Positions 60,687-64,000 of a DNA stretch of 64,000 nucleotides are shown here, piece by piece (position 1 is the stretch's first letter; every line of letters begins with the position of its first letter). The stretch is from Scyliorhinus canicula (Eukaryota). The stretch lies in contig NC_052154.1 of the NCBI RefSeq assembly GCF_902713615.1, positions 92,015,030 through 92,079,029 of the forward strand, written 5' to 3'. The position numbers were made by a program, and so were the translations under genes. Under the pieces are notes generated by a model. The model did no database searches. It had not been told where the DNA came from and saw only the letters and a program-made list of their open reading frames with translations.

Positions 60687-63600
60687 AGCTTTTAAAGGCC
60701 CACCTACCACTGGTAAGAACACTAAAACGTTATCTCCACTGGCAAACTACGAACTTTGGATTTCTTGTCCACTACCAGTTTCATCACATTTTGTACAACT
60801 TTTGAATGCTCTCTAACCAATTTACCTGCTCTGTTTAACCGTTCCCTAAAATTTGACACGTAATCCAATAATGTAATTTCCAATTTCTCACTCACCAATT
60901 TTTCCATAATCAATTTAAGTGGTTCTCTTACCAATAATTAATTCAAAAGGACTAAATTTGGTTGACTCATTAGGTGCATGCCTAATTGCAAACAGTACGA
61001 ACAGAATTCCTTTATCCCAATCCTCTGGATAATCGTGACAATAAGCCCTCAACCCCCTCTCCGCCATCACTGCAGCAAGAAACACCCATTTCTTAAAGGT
61101 ACTCTCACTACAGATAATTATATACACACCCATTTATAAACACCCATTTCTTAAAGGTACTCTCTCATGACACTAGAGAATGCTGGAATATGACCACTAT
61201 TGCTTGCTCTATGTCCGGAGCCCTTCGTTAAGCTCTCAGGGGTGTAGATTATCAGGTCCTGGCGATTTACCAGCCTCCAAACACATAAATTACCTCGACA
61301 CAAGCTCTCTACTAATATTGAGCTTCTTCAGTTTCTCTCGCTCACTGCACCCTGCGTTCCCCAACATTTCCGGTATCTCATGTCTGCCTTCATTTGTAAA
61401 GAGAGATCCAAACTATGTATTAAGTTGCTCAGCAATTTCTTTGCTCCCATAATACAATTATCTGTTTCCGACATTTGTCTTAACCGATCTTTATCTCTTC
61501 AAGTACTTACTTAAATTTACAGTCAGATTTAATGTTATCTGCAAGCTTACTCTCCTACGGTATTTTCCTCTTCCTTATCAATCCCCTGGTCCTTCTGTGC
61601 TGAATTCTAAACTACTCCAAGTTATTTTTCTGGGCCAATTTGTATCCTTCTTCCTTGGACCGCATACTATCACTAATTTCATTGATGGTCATGGTTTGGC
61701 CACTTCCCATTTTAGTTTTGTGACAGACAGGAATCAACAACGGTTGCAGCCTCCCCATGCACTCCTTGAATGCTTGCTATTGCATATCTACTGTCATCAC
61801 TTTAAGAATGTGTCCCAAGCGATCATAGCCAACTCACGCCTCATATCATCACTTTTTCATTTCTTACGATTCAGGACCCTAGCCTCAGAATCAACTACTT
61901 CTCTCCATATTGATGAAACATTCTAACATATTATTGTCACTCATCCCGAAGGGGCCTAACACAAAGAGATTACCAATTATTCTGTTCTCATTACAGAGTA
62001 CCCAGTCTAGAATGACCTGTTCTCCAATTGGTTCCTCAATGGAATCGTCCAGAAAACCACCCCATATACATTTCAGGAATGTCTCCTCTATGCTATTGTG
62101 GTTAAATTAATTTGCCCAATATATATGCCGACCAAGTCACCCAAAATGACTGATGTTCCTTTATTGCAAATTTCCTGTTTAATGCCATTCTCAACACCAC
62201 CACTAAAGTTTGGAGTTCTCTATGCAACGACGATTTACGAGTTTTGCCACTTGGAGTTTCTCAGATGCACACATACAGATTCGACATTGTCGTATCAACC
62301 CTCACTATTGTGTTAACTTCCTTTTTCACCAGCTCTGCCACTCCACCGCGTTATTCAGTTTGTTAATCCTTCCTAAATACTGGATAACCCTGTACATTCA
62401 GTTCCCATCCCTGGTCACACTGCAGCTATTTCTTGGTAACCTCGATCACAGCGTCTGCACATTCTCTCCGTGTCTGCGTGGGTTTCCTCCGGGAGTTCTG
62501 GTTTCATCGCACAAGTCACGAAAGGTGTGCTGTTAGGTAATTTGGACTTTCTGAATTTTTGATTTGTGTACCAGAACAGGCGCCAGAATGTGACAACGAG
62601 GGGCTTTTCACAATAACGTCATTGCAGTGTTAATGTAAGGCTACTTGTGACAATAAAGCTTATTATTATTGTAATCCCGATTATATTCCCATACCAGCCT
62701 ACCCGGGCAGGTGCCGGAATGTGGCGACGAGGGGCTTTTCACAGTAACTTCATTGAAGCCTACTCGTGACAATAAGCAATTTTCAATTTCAATTTCAATT
62801 TCAATTTATCAATTTTCAATTTTCATTTTTTTCGATTATACTACATCAGTTTATCTCTTTTTGCGGGATTAGTTGATCCATTTTATTCTAATGCTCTGCA
62901 CGTTGAAGCACACAACTGTTACCTTGTCATTTTAAAATTAGTTGTCCCACTCCCAATATTTTTCACTGTGGTCCTCTTTCAATATCGAACACAGAACATA
63001 GAATAATACAGCACAGAACGGGCCCTTCGGCCCACGGTGCTGTGCCCAAATTTTGCCCTAGATTAAGAACAAATTAATCTACACCCGATAATTCTACCAT
63101 AATCCATGTACCTATCTAATAGCCGCTTGAAGGTTCCTAATGTTTCTGACTCAACTACTTCCACAGGCAGTGCATTCCATGCCCCCACTACACTCTGGGT
63201 AAAGAACCTACCTCTGACATCCTCCCTATAACTTCCACCATTCACTTTAAATCTATGTCCCATTGTAATGGTTTGTTCAGCCCGAGGAAAAAGTATCTGA
63301 CTGTTGACTCTATCTATTCCCCTGATCATCTTTGCAACCTCTATTAAGTCGCACCTCACCCTTCTCTGTTCTAATGAGAAAAGGCCACGCACCCTCAACC
63401 TTTCCTCGTAAGACCCACTCTCCATTCCAGGCAACATTCTGGTAAATCTCCTTTCCACCTTTTACAAAGCTTCCACAGCCTTCCTAAAACGAGGCGACTA
63501 GAAATTCACACAGTCCTCCAAATGTGGCCTTACCAAGGTTTTGTACAGCTGCATCATCACCTGACGGCTCTTAAATTCGATCCTTCTGCTAATGAACGCT

Positions 63601-64000
63601 AGCACACTACAGGCCTTCTTCACAGCTCTATCTACTTGAGTGGCAACTTTCAAAGATCTACGAAAATAGACCCCAAGATCTCTCTGCTCCACCACATTGC
63701 CAAGAAACCTACCGTTAACCCTGTATTCCGCATTTATATTTGTCCTTCCAAAATGGACAATCTCACACTTTTCAGCGTTAAACTCCATCTGCCACTTCTT
63801 AGCCTAGCACTGTATCCTATCTATGTCTCTTTGCAGCCGACAACAGCCCTTCTCACTATCCACAACACCACCAATCTTCGCATTGTCTCTAATTTACTGA
63901 CCCACCCTTCAACTCCCTCATCTCAGTAATTAATGAAAATCACAAGCAGCAGAGAACCCAGAAATGATCCCTGCAGTACGCCAGTGGTAACTAGGCTCCA

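Larger units (their letters stand above)
56118..64000 (+). repeat. Recent tandem segmental duplication, period 4568-4569 bp (copy 1 56118-60686; copy 2 from 60687 beyond the window end)
   Basis: 56118-59432 aligns with 60687-64000. About 14 differences counted by eye. ORF track shows matching ORFs offset by 4568. Confidence 0.93.

Overview
Eukaryotic, very repeat-rich genomic DNA from a cartilaginous fish. A shark, probably a catshark, is inferred from its HE1/V-SINE and HER1/CR1-type LINE families. Most of the window is nested retroelements: CR1 LINEs (two near full-length), V-SINEs, a second tRNA-type SINE, a Rex1/Babar-type LINE, Penelope-like elements and Gypsy LTR fragments. Among them is one intact six-exon gene on the minus strand (47136..27464), reconstructed by hand from GT-AG boundaries and phases. 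It gives a 1023-nt CDS and a 340-aa type-I membrane Ig-superfamily receptor: leader, V domain with germline J-like motif, C1 domain, uncharged TM, and a cytoplasmic ITIM (VTYAAL) plus ITSM (TEYAQI). It is a SIRP-like/VJ-C1 inhibitory receptor that the ORF track shows only as fragments. Other notable items are an inverted Penelope element carrying a minimal hammerhead-ribozyme motif, a Gypsy element with Gmr1-type integrase-before-RT order, a CR1 with a higher-order tandem-repeat 5' region, and a recent ~4.57-kb tandem duplication at the right end. No prokaryote-type features (CRISPR, rRNA, true tRNA genes) were found. Repeat boundaries are approximate and were read by eye.
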